Assembly (NCBI GenBank): GCA_038242265.1
Contig: JBBSSH010000003.1
Location: forward strand, 37,750-101,749
Source of the DNA: Propionibacteriales bacterium
GTDB taxonomy: Bacteria; Actinomycetota; Actinomycetes; Propionibacteriales; Nocardioidaceae
DNA: 64,000 bases
Reading direction: 5' to 3'
The notes under the pieces were generated by a model. The model saw nothing but the letters and a program-made list of their open reading frames with translations. It made no database searches and was not told the DNA's origin. Position 1 is the stretch's first letter. Each line of letters begins with the position of its first letter. This document shows, piece after piece, positions 1 to 8,675 of the stretch. A program made the translations under genes and the position numbers.

Positions 1-888
1 GGAGACCACGGAGCCGCCCTGGACGATCTCAGGGTTCTGCCCGCCGTACAGGTTGATCATCATCAGTCCGAACTGGGCTGCCAGACCGGAGAAGGTGCCG
101 AAGGTCATGATGTAAAGGATGGTCATCAGCCAGGTGTCGACGTTGCCGAAGATGTCGAACTGCTGCTTGATGTTGACCTGCATCCGGATCGACTTCAATG
201 TGGCCCAGGCCAGTGCGGCGACGACCACGAAAAGGGGGATCCAGAGGAAGGCCGCGTTCTGGAACCACACAGTCTTGGCCTCAAGACTCGGCACCTGCAG
301 CCGCTGGCTGCCGCCGAGGATGCCGAGGAAGGAACCGGCGATCAGGTACGGCGTCAACAGCTGCACCAGCGAGACGCCGAAGTTGCCGATGCCGGCCTGG
401 AGACCGAGAGCCGTGCCCTGGAGTCGACGGGGGAAGAAATAGGACGTCGAGGGCATGAATCCGGAGAACGCGCCACCGCCGACGCCCGCAAGCAGCGCTA
501 GCACCATGAGCTCCCAGTAGGGAGCGGACGGCTGCATCACCCGCACGCCCCAACCGAGCGTGGGGAAGATCAGGAGCAAGGTGGTGAAAGCGACCATCTT
601 GCGGGTGCCGACGATGGGGGGCAGCACCATCCACACCAGCCGGAACAACCCTGCGGAGAGGCCCGGCATGGCGGCCATCCAGTAGAGCTGGTTCGTGGTG
701 AAGCTGTAACCCAACGCGTTCAGCTTGGGGATGATGGCGCTGGGCAGGAACCACGCGACGAACGCAAGGGTCAGCGCCGCGGTGGTGACGGTCAGGGTCT
801 TCCAGGCCAGCCCGGAATCCCACGTCTTCTCGTCCTCAGGGTCCCAGGACTCCAGCCACTCGCCGGACCTGGTGGGGGTCGTGCTCAT
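1..888 (-). CDS. narK: NarK2/NarU-type nitrate/nitrite transporter (MFS), runs off the left edge
   Basis: Not in the ORF track; read manually from ATG at 888: MSTTPTRSGEWLESWDPEDEKTWDSGLAWKTL..., with nitrate signature GGGAFSGFMPSTSYFFP...GTALGLQAGIGNFG. ATGA overlap with the upstream narK stop. Confidence 0.9.
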   Translation of the reverse strand, partial: MSTTPTRSGEWLESWDPEDEKTWDSGLAWKTLTVTTAALTLAFVAWFLPSAIIPKLNALGYSFTTNQLYWMAAMPGLSAGLFRLVWMVLPPIVGTRKMVAFTTLLLIFPTLGWGVRVMQPSAPYWELMVLALLAGVGGGAFSGFMPSTSYFFPRRLQGTALGLQAGIGNFGVSLVQLLTPYLIAGSFLGILGGSQRLQVPSLEAKTVWFQNAAFLWIPLFVVVAALAWATLKSIRMQVNIKQQFDIFGNVDTWLMTILYIMTFGTFSGLAAQFGLMMINLYGGQNPEIVQGGSVVS

Positions 889-2249
889 CTGTGTGCCTCC
901 TGGGGCTCAGGGGTTGGGGTCTGGTCGGGGTCGGCCGGCAGCTCGATGCGGCCGGCCAGCTCGGGAGACTCGCGATGCAGCATGCGCACCACAGTCCAGT
1001 GCATCCACAGCGCGCACACGGCTGTGAGCAGGAAAAGTACGAAGAAGGTACTCGACGGGAAGCCGGACCAGACCTTCGTGTAAGCGAACAGCGGGGGCAG
1101 GAAGAACCCGCCGAGCCCGCCGAGCATGCCGACCAGTCCTCCGACCGAGCCGACGTTGGTCGGGAAGTACTCCGGGATGTGCTTGTAGACCGCGGCCTTG
1201 CCGATCCCCATCGCGCAGCCGAGGAGCACCACCAGGGTCGTGAACCAGACGATGCCGATGCCATAGGCCAGGTGCTGGGTCTGGGTACCGTCGGGTTCGA
1301 TGATGACGATGTAGCCGTTGGGCATCATCAGGACCCCCGTACTCAGCAGCATCAGTCCGAACGTCCAGTACATGACGCGCCGAGCGCCGAAGCGGTCGGA
1401 GAGGAGACCGCCCACCGGCCGCAGCAACGAGGCGGGGAAGATGAACAGTGCCGTCAGGTAGGCAGCAGTCTGGAGCGATACGTCGAAATTGTCGATGTAA
1501 TAGGTCGGCAGCCAGGCAGCGAGAGCGACGTAGGCGCCGAAGACCGCCACGTAGTAGAGCCCGAAGCGCCAGACCCGCATCTGCTTGAGTGGTTCGAGCT
1601 GCGTGCGTAGCGGCAGCCCGGACCCGGGCAGACGGTCCTGGCGGGGCGCAAGGAACCACGTCGCTGCGGCGGCTGCAACCAGCAGCACCGCGTAGACGAC
1701 AGGCACCAGGCGCCAGCCTCCCTCCACGAACCCGAAGTAGGTCACGCCTGCCGTGCCAACGATCAGCGGCGGCCCGATGAACTTCGTCACCGACGCTCCG
1801 ACATTGCCCGCACCGAAGATACCGAGAGCGAAACCTTGGCGTGAGCGCGGCTGCCATGCGGAGTTCCAGGCGATGCCGGCGCTGAAGGAGTTCCCGGCAA
1901 GGCCGATGAGGAAGGCCAGCACGAGGAGTGCCACGTAGCTGTCGGCCCGTGCCACCAGATACGTCGGTATGGCCGTGGCGAGCAACAGCATCGTCATCAC
2001 CTTGCGGCCACCGATGCGGTCGGTGATCATGCCGACGGGCAACCTCCACAGCGAGCCGTTGAGCACCGCTACGGCGATGATCCAGGAGAGCTGGACCTCA
2101 CTGAGGCCGAACTCCTTGCTGATCGGCTTGCCCAGGATGCCGAACATCAACCACACCGCGAACATCAGGGTGAAGGCGATGCTCGACAGCGTCAGCACGC
2201 GGGTTGCGCCAGAGCGTTCACTCGGGTCGTGGTTCACGTCATCATTCAT
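885..2249 (-). CDS. narK: NarK1-type nitrate/nitrite transporter (MFS)
   Basis: About 12 TM segments with WRLPVGMITDRIGGR, GAGNVGAS, LRPVGGLLSDRFG and GGLVGMLGGLGGF. ATG 2249 has GGAG upstream; the track start at 2282 is probably too long. Confidence 0.9.
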   Translation of the reverse strand: MNDDVNHDPSERSGATRVLTLSSIAFTLMFAVWLMFGILGKPISKEFGLSEVQLSWIIAVAVLNGSLWRLPVGMITDRIGGRKVMTMLLLATAIPTYLVARADSYVALLVLAFLIGLAGNSFSAGIAWNSAWQPRSRQGFALGIFGAGNVGASVTKFIGPPLIVGTAGVTYFGFVEGGWRLVPVVYAVLLVAAAAATWFLAPRQDRLPGSGLPLRTQLEPLKQMRVWRFGLYYVAVFGAYVALAAWLPTYYIDNFDVSLQTAAYLTALFIFPASLLRPVGGLLSDRFGARRVMYWTFGLMLLSTGVLMMPNGYIVIIEPDGTQTQHLAYGIGIVWFTTLVVLLGCAMGIGKAAVYKHIPEYFPTNVGSVGGLVGMLGGLGGFFLPPLFAYTKVWSGFPSSTFFVLFLLTAVCALWMHWTVVRMLHRESPELAGRIELPADPDQTPTPEPQEAHR

Positions 2250-2345
2250 CTTTATCGCTCCATTGCGAGGACCATTCTCCACTAAACAAGTGGGAGGCTA
2301 TACCTGTCTGAAGTGCCCCGCCCAACCGAAAGCACGCTGAGCAGC

Positions 2346-2361
2346 AGTGATCTGAGTCACG
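2346..2361. promoter_or_regulatory. CRP/GlxR-type box AGTGA-tctgag-TCACG
   Basis: Matches TGTGA-N6-TCACA in the core positions; lies between the divergent narK1 and regulator genes. Confidence 0.55.
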
Positions 2362-2434
2362 ACGTGCGGGTCGTTTCCCGCCAGAGGTCGTGCGGTAACG
2401 TGATGCTTCATCTCGATTTGAAGGACGGTCTCGC

Positions 2435-3214
2435 ATGGGTAGCGCTTCCCCCGAGCGCGAGGCCGCTCTGACTTCTCCGGTCCGCCGTCGAGTGGTGGAA
2501 CTACTCCGGGATCTGCCGACCGAAGCCGGCGATGAGCAGGGTCGTGGCATGACGGCGCACGATCTGGCGCGTCGCTTGGACCTGCACGTGACCACCGTGC
2601 GATTTCACCTCGACCAACTGATCGCTGCGGAGGTCCTTGAGGCAGAGTTCCTCCGGGGTCGGGTCGGGCGTCCACGAAAGATCTATCGCCTCACCCCCGG
2701 GTCCCCGGGTGACGTCAAGGTCGAGCGGGCGCACGCTGCGCTCACCGAGCTCCTGCTGGAGTCGTGGCAGGAGACGTCCTTCGAGGGCACCACTTCGCGG
2801 GCCCAGGAGGCAGGGGAGCGTTGGGTGCAGAACCACGTGACCCCGTCCTCGACTCCCGCTGCCACCACTGCGGGCGCTTGGTTGGGCAAGGTGGGCCAGG
2901 CACTCGACCTCCTGGCCCCGTGGGGATACACCCGGGAGGTGCGGACTCTCGACGAGGGGCGGACGGTGGAGTTGAATCTCGTCGACTGCCCATTTCTCGC
3001 GCTGGCCCACGCGCATCCTGAGGTCGTCTGCGGAGTCCATCGAGGCCTGCTTGCCGAGGCCATGCGCGCGACGGGTGAGGGCAACGTGGAGGTCGGACTA
3101 CAGCCTTTCGTCGCTCCGGGCCGCTGCCGGGCGACCCTGACCAGGAACGCGGACTTTGCCAGCGACCCAGACGCGGGTCCGGAATCAGCTTCCGGTCCGG
3201 ATGTGAACGAGTGA
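2435..3214 (+). CDS. ArnR-like winged-HTH regulator with C-terminal three-Cys sensor domain
   Basis: HTH (LARRLDLHVTTVRFHLDQL...GRPRKIY) followed by CPF...HPEVVCGVH...PGRC; next to nar genes. Confidence 0.8.
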   Translation: MGSASPEREAALTSPVRRRVVELLRDLPTEAGDEQGRGMTAHDLARRLDLHVTTVRFHLDQLIAAEVLEAEFLRGRVGRPRKIYRLTPGSPGDVKVERAHAALTELLLESWQETSFEGTTSRAQEAGERWVQNHVTPSSTPAATTAGAWLGKVGQALDLLAPWGYTREVRTLDEGRTVELNLVDCPFLALAHAHPEVVCGVHRGLLAEAMRATGEGNVEVGLQPFVAPGRCRATLTRNADFASDPDAGPESASGPDVNE

Positions 3215-3246
3215 TGTGCACCCAGAACGCCCGTGGGCCTGATGGT

Positions 3247-3948
3247 TCATGAGGAGCGCTCGGTGAGCGGTGGAAGCGTCAGTCGGCATGCGCCCGGTTC
3301 GGCGAAGGGTACGAGCGTGCTTCCATCCGGATCCGAGCCGTACTCGGCCAGGGCTCCACGGACGATGCCGAGGTGCACCGCGCACACCACGTCCGGATGC
3401 CGGTGCGCCGCCTCCAGCAGAGGGCAGTGCGTCAGGCGCACTTCATCGGGACTCTCGACGGCGGGCTCGGGCGTGAAGCCCAAGTCATCCAGCAGGGTCA
3501 ACACGTGGCCCCTCGCCGGTCCGGGGGACAGCGGCACCGCACCCCGATCGCGGGCCAACTCCCGACCCCACTCCTCACCGGCTTCAGCTGCTGCCTGGGT
3601 CGGGTCGTCGTTCGTGCGGGAGATGACTGCCGCCAGGGCTGCTGCCAGTCCGGCGTATTCGGAACGGCTCGGCTCGTCCTGGGCAAGTTCGTACAGCCAC
3701 GCCGGGCGACCCCGACCGTCCGGCTGGGCCCGGTGTCGGGTCACCATGCCGCGGCGAACGAGAGCGGTGAGATGCTCGCGCAAGGTGTTCTCATGCAGGC
3801 CGGTGGCGCTCACCAGGCTCGCGAGCGTCAGCGGCTCGGGTTGGCCGCGTAGCCGCTCCACGACTGCTGTTCGTGCTGGCGACAGGGGTGGCAAGGACGC
3901 AGTTCCGCGGGGCCCGTACCCCGGCTTGGTCACCTGATTATTTTCCAC
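3247..3948 (-). CDS. Second ArnR-like winged-HTH three-Cys regulator
   Basis: LHENTLREHL...GRGRPAWLY followed by CPL...HPDVVCAVH...PGAC. TACACT -10-like hexamer 7 nt before the GTG suggests a leaderless transcript. Confidence 0.8.
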   Translation of the reverse strand: MENNQVTKPGYGPRGTASLPPLSPARTAVVERLRGQPEPLTLASLVSATGLHENTLREHLTALVRRGMVTRHRAQPDGRGRPAWLYELAQDEPSRSEYAGLAAALAAVISRTNDDPTQAAAEAGEEWGRELARDRGAVPLSPGPARGHVLTLLDDLGFTPEPAVESPDEVRLTHCPLLEAAHRHPDVVCAVHLGIVRGALAEYGSDPDGSTLVPFAEPGACRLTLPPLTERSS

Positions 3949-4014
3949 GGAGCTAAGTGTAGTAAATATTGCGTCTGGTCACCACAGTGGGGCCGGGAGA
4001 GAGGAATCAGGGAC

Positions 4015-4818
4015 ATGGACGCTGTCTTCATCGCTTCGAACGAAGCCGACGCCCGCGCAGCAGAGGTGGTCGCGGACCGTCGCGCCCAGATCTCGGGCGC
4101 GCTGGCGGTCAAACTGGAGGGCATCATCTCCGGCGTGCGCACCGCCCAGTCGCCGGATGCGGACGCCCGATCGAGCGCGGTGCGCTGGTGCCGTTCCGTC
4201 CTCGTCCCGCAGGCACTCGACGAGCAGGCGACTCTCTATGGTGCGGCTGCTGAGGCGCCCGGAGCCCGACTCCTCGTTGAAGCAATGGTGAGCGAACGTC
4301 AGTGGATGCTGGGTCTGATCGACGACCTGGAGAACGCCGCCGACCCGTTCGGGGCCGCTCTCGCCGCCCATGCCCTCCGCGTTCTCTTCGCGAGCCACGT
4401 CGCCAAGGAAGACGCCCAGATCCTGCCGCTGCTCCTCGGGAGCGCCGATGTGTCGGTTGCCGCGCTGGTGCGTGACACCCCGGGATCGGCAGCGGAGCCG
4501 GAGGAATCGTCGGCGGGTGGCGGTTGTGGATCGTCCGAGCATTCCTGCCAGTGCAACGAGTCCGAGTCGTCCTCGCTGCCGGAACTCGATGCACGTGAGA
4601 TTCCCCATGCGATCCGACACGCGACCATTTTCGGTGCTCTGGACGGTCTGGCCCCCGGCCAAGGCCTGGTGCTGGTCGCACCGCACGACCCGCTGCCTCT
4701 TCTGGCGCAACTCGAGGCGCGCTCCCCGGGAGCGTTTGTCGTGGACTACCTCCAGAGCGGCCCGGAGGCCTGGCGATTGAGTATGATCCGTAGTGCCGAT
4801 GTCGGCCGTGATTCCTGA
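4015..4818 (+). CDS. Hemerythrin-like domain + DUF2249 domain protein
   Basis: N-terminal helical domain ending SHVAKED..ILP; C-terminal LDAREIPHAIRHATIFGALDGL..G..LVLVAPHDPLPLL (DUF2249). Confidence 0.75.
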   Translation: MDAVFIASNEADARAAEVVADRRAQISGALAVKLEGIISGVRTAQSPDADARSSAVRWCRSVLVPQALDEQATLYGAAAEAPGARLLVEAMVSERQWMLGLIDDLENAADPFGAALAAHALRVLFASHVAKEDAQILPLLLGSADVSVAALVRDTPGSAAEPEESSAGGGCGSSEHSCQCNESESSSLPELDAREIPHAIRHATIFGALDGLAPGQGLVLVAPHDPLPLLAQLEARSPGAFVVDYLQSGPEAWRLSMIRSADVGRDS

Positions 4819-4887
4819 GATGGATCTTCCAGGAACGCGCCTGCCTCCTGAGCATTCCGGAGACCGACTCGCCCAGAACTGAATTAC

Positions 4888-4915
4888 TCTGTCGGCACTT
4901 TTGCGCGCCGACAGA
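4888..4915. promoter_or_regulatory. 9-bp inverted repeat upstream of narG (TCTGTCGGC-N10-GCCGACAGA)
   Basis: Perfect inverted repeat seen in the sequence, 48 nt before the narG start; function (operator or RNA hairpin) unknown. Confidence 0.35.
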
Positions 4916-4963
4916 CCGTAGCCAGACCGACGACCGCACCACCCAAGAGAAGAGGATCACCTC

Positions 4964-7900
4964 GTGACTCAGAAGCCGGGCATGGACGGAGCGATCACTG
5001 ACGCTCTCGTACGCAGTCGCCGATACTTCACCAAGGCAAAGGTGTCACCGGACCTGCGCACGCTCACGAAGGTGGGCGGGCGCGAGGCCGACGACTTCTA
5101 CCGTGATCGCTGGAGCCACGACAAGGTCGTGCGTTCCACCCACGGTGTCAACTGCACCGGTTCCTGCTCGTGGAAGGTCTACGTCAAGGACGGGATCATC
5201 ACCTGGGAGACCCAGCAGACCGACTATCCCTCGGTCGGGCCCGACTCCCCGGAGTACGAGCCCCGCGGCTGCCCTCGTGGAGCGGCCTTCTCCTGGTACA
5301 CCTACTCACCCACGCGCGTGCGCTACCCCTACGTGCGCGGCGTGCTCCTGCAGATGTACCGCGAGGCCAAGTCGCAGCATGGGGGCGACCCGGTCAAAGC
5401 GTGGGCTCACATCGTCGACAACCCAGCCCGAGCCAAGGTCTACAAGTCGGCCCGTGGCAAGGGAGGACTGGTCCGCGCGAGTTGGGACGAGGCCGTGGAG
5501 ATAGCTGCGGCGGCCCACGTGCACACGATCCAGAAGTGGGGCCCGGACCGTGTGGCCGGGTTCTCACCCATTCCGGCGATGTCGATGGTCTCGCATGCCT
5601 CCGGAGCTCGGTTCATGAACCTCATCGGTGGCTCGATGCTGAGCTTCTACGACTGGTACGCCGACCTTCCGGTGGCCTCGCCGCAGGTTTTCGGCGACCA
5701 GACCGATGTCCCCGAGTCCGGCGACTGGTGGGACGCGGGCTACCTCATCATGTGGGGCTCCAACGTCCCGGTGACACGCACCCCGGATGCCCACTGGATG
5801 ACCGAAGCGCGCTATCGCGGACAGAAGGTCATCGCAGTCGCACCGGACTACGCCGACAACGTCAAGTTCGCCGACGAGTGGTTGCCCGCCAACCCCGGCA
5901 CCGATGGCGCGCTGGCGATGGCAATGGGACACGTGATCCTCAAGGAGTTCTTCGTCGATCGCGACACTCCCTACTTCCTCAACTACAACAAGCGCTACAC
6001 CGACCTGCCGTTCCTGGTGAAGATCGATGTGGATGAGCACGGTGTGCACCGCCCCGGCAAGTTCTTGACCGCCGAAGATCTCGCCGCGCACCGTGATGAG
6101 GAGAACGCAGCCTTCAAGACCGTCCTGATCGACGCGGCCACTGAGGCACCCGTCGTGCCCAACGGAAGCCTGGGCCACCGGTTCGGTCCGGATGGCGAAG
6201 GCCGGTGGAACCTCGATCTCGGCGACATCGACCCCCGCCTGACTCTCCACGAGGCGGACGCCGAATCTGTTGAGCTGGAGCTCCCGCGCTTCGACAACCC
6301 CGACGGCACGGCCCACATCCTTCGACGGGGGGTCCCGGTGCGCACTGTCGAGGGCCACCTGGTGACGACGGTGATGGACCTCATGCTCGCCCAGTACGGC
6401 GTTGGCCGCCCGGGTCTTCCGGGGGAGTGGCCCACCGGCTACGACGACGCAGAGGCACCCGGCACCCCCGCATGGCAGGAAACCTTCACCGGCGTACCGG
6501 GAGAGGCCGCGGCCCGTATCGGACGCGAGTTCGCCCAGAACGCCGAGGATTCCAAGGGTCGCTCGATGATCATCATGGGGGCCGGTACCAACCACTGGTT
6601 CCACTCCGACACGATCTATCGCACCTTCTTGGCCCTCACCACCCTGACTGGCTGCCAAGGCGTCAACGGAGGCGGTTGGGCCCACTACGTCGGGCAGGAA
6701 AAGGTCCGTCCCATCACCGGCTACAACCAGGTCGCCAACGCGCTCGACTGGACCCGGCCGCCGCGCAACATGATCCAGACGGCCTACTGGTATCTCCACA
6801 GCAACCAGTTCCGTTACGACCAGTTCGGGGCAGACACCCTCTCGGCGCGTACGGGCGAAGGCCAACTGGCGGGCAAGAGCACCGCCGACGTGATCGCACA
6901 GAGCGCGCGGATGGGCTGGTCACCGTCCTACCCGACGTTCGACAAGAATCCGCTCGAGATCACCGAGGAAGCCACTGCGGCTGGGGTCAGCGTGGCCGAC
7001 CACGTGGTCTCCGGGCTCAAGGACGGCTCGCTCAACTTTGCCTGTGAGGACCCGGATGCGCCGGAGAACTTCCCGCGGATCCTCTCGATCTGGCGGGCTA
7101 ACCTGCTCGGCTCGTCTTCCAAGGGCAACGAGTACTTCCTCAAGCACCTGCTGGGCACTGATTCGTCGGTGCGAGCCACCGAGACTCCCGAGGCCCTGCG
7201 TCCGCGTGACATCACCTGGCATGAGGAAGCGCCGGAGGGCAAGCTCGATCTGTTGATGACGCTGGATTTCCGTCAGACGTCCACCACGATCTTCTCGGAC
7301 GTGGTCTTCCCGGCCGCCACGTGGTACGAGAAGCACGACCTCAACACGACCGACATGCACCCGTTCGTCCACTCCTTCAACCCGGCAATCTCTCCGCCGT
7401 GGCAGACCCGCACCGACTGGGACACCTGGCGTGCCATCGCGGCCAAATTCAGCGAGCTTGCCGGACCGCGTCTCGGTGTACGCCGCGACGTGGTCGCGGT
7501 CCCGCTGATGCACGACACCCCCGATGCCATGGCCAACCCGCACGGGGTGGTCAAGGACTGGAAAACCGGCGAATGCGAGCCGATCCCGGGTGTGACCATG
7601 CCCAAACTGGTCGAGGTCGAGCGCGACTACGGCGCGGTCAGCGACAAGATGAATGCGCTCGGCCCGCTGGTCGAGAAGCTCGGCGCCACCACCAAGGGCG
7701 TGACGTTCGAGCTCAGCAAGCAGGTCGACTACCTGCGCGCCAAGAACGGTGCCGTCCGCGGTGGCGTCGCCGACGGTCGCCCCTCCCTGGTGCGTGACGT
7801 GCACGTGTGCGAGGCGATCCTTGCCATGTCGGGCACAACCAACGGACACCTGGCAGTGCAGGGCTTCAAGCAGTTGGAGAAGCGCACAGGTCACCAGATG

Positions 7901-8674
7901 CACGACCTGGCTGCCGAGCACGAGGGCAAGCAGATCACCTTCGCCGACACCCAGGCTGCTCCGGTACCGGTGATCACCTCACCGGAGTGGTCGGGCTCGG
8001 AGGCCGGTGGCCGGCGCTACTCCCCGTTCACCATCAACGTCGAGCGGCTCAAGCCCTGGCACACCCTGACCGGGCGCCAGCACTTCTATCTCGACCATGA
8101 CTGGATGACCGAGTTGGGGGAGGGGTTGCCGGTGTTCCGTCCGCCGCTCAACATGGCGGCGCTGTTCGCCGAGCCGGCGATCGGTGACGTGGCTGACGGC
8201 GAGGGAGCGGCGGTGGAAGGCGTGACCGTGCGTTATCTGACCCCGCACAACAAGTGGTCGATCCACTCCGAATACCAGGACAACCTGTTCATGTTGTCGC
8301 TCTCGCGCGGTGGACAGAACATCTGGATGAGTGACCGCGACGCGGCCAAGGTCGGTGTCGAGGACAACGACTGGATCGAGGCAGTCAACCGCAACGGTGT
8401 CGTCGTGGCCCGGGCCATCGTCTCCCACCGGATGCCCGAGGGCACCATCTACATGCACCACGCCCAGGACCGACTGATCGATGTCCCCATCGCAGAGACC
8501 TCGGGCAAGCGTGGCGGCATTCACAACTCGCTGACCAGGCTGCTCATCAAGCCCAGCCACCTGATCGGTGGCTACGCCCAACTCACCTGGGCCTTCAACT
8601 ACATCGGCCCGACCGGCAACCAGCGCGACGAGGTGACGGTCATCCGTCGCCGCTCGCAGGACGTGGAGTACTGA
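4964..8674 (+). CDS. narG: Respiratory nitrate reductase alpha subunit
   Basis: 1236 aa; RSTHGVNCTGSCSW...EPRGCPRG FS0 motif, FYDWYADLP, HYVGQEK, YLTPHNKWSIHS. Confidence 0.99.
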   Translation: MTQKPGMDGAITDALVRSRRYFTKAKVSPDLRTLTKVGGREADDFYRDRWSHDKVVRSTHGVNCTGSCSWKVYVKDGIITWETQQTDYPSVGPDSPEYEPRGCPRGAAFSWYTYSPTRVRYPYVRGVLLQMYREAKSQHGGDPVKAWAHIVDNPARAKVYKSARGKGGLVRASWDEAVEIAAAAHVHTIQKWGPDRVAGFSPIPAMSMVSHASGARFMNLIGGSMLSFYDWYADLPVASPQVFGDQTDVPESGDWWDAGYLIMWGSNVPVTRTPDAHWMTEARYRGQKVIAVAPDYADNVKFADEWLPANPGTDGALAMAMGHVILKEFFVDRDTPYFLNYNKRYTDLPFLVKIDVDEHGVHRPGKFLTAEDLAAHRDEENAAFKTVLIDAATEAPVVPNGSLGHRFGPDGEGRWNLDLGDIDPRLTLHEADAESVELELPRFDNPDGTAHILRRGVPVRTVEGHLVTTVMDLMLAQYGVGRPGLPGEWPTGYDDAEAPGTPAWQETFTGVPGEAAARIGREFAQNAEDSKGRSMIIMGAGTNHWFHSDTIYRTFLALTTLTGCQGVNGGGWAHYVGQEKVRPITGYNQVANALDWTRPPRNMIQTAYWYLHSNQFRYDQFGADTLSARTGEGQLAGKSTADVIAQSARMGWSPSYPTFDKNPLEITEEATAAGVSVADHVVSGLKDGSLNFACEDPDAPENFPRILSIWRANLLGSSSKGNEYFLKHLLGTDSSVRATETPEALRPRDITWHEEAPEGKLDLLMTLDFRQTSTTIFSDVVFPAATWYEKHDLNTTDMHPFVHSFNPAISPPWQTRTDWDTWRAIAAKFSELAGPRLGVRRDVVAVPLMHDTPDAMANPHGVVKDWKTGECEPIPGVTMPKLVEVERDYGAVSDKMNALGPLVEKLGATTKGVTFELSKQVDYLRAKNGAVRGGVADGRPSLVRDVHVCEAILAMSGTTNGHLAVQGFKQLEKRTGHQMHDLAAEHEGKQITFADTQAAPVPVITSPEWSGSEAGGRRYSPFTINVERLKPWHTLTGRQHFYLDHDWMTELGEGLPVFRPPLNMAALFAEPAIGDVADGEGAAVEGVTVRYLTPHNKWSIHSEYQDNLFMLSLSRGGQNIWMSDRDAAKVGVEDNDWIEAVNRNGVVVARAIVSHRMPEGTIYMHHAQDRLIDVPIAETSGKRGGIHNSLTRLLIKPSHLIGGYAQLTWAFNYIGPTGNQRDEVTVIRRRSQDVEY

Positions 8675-8675
8675 C

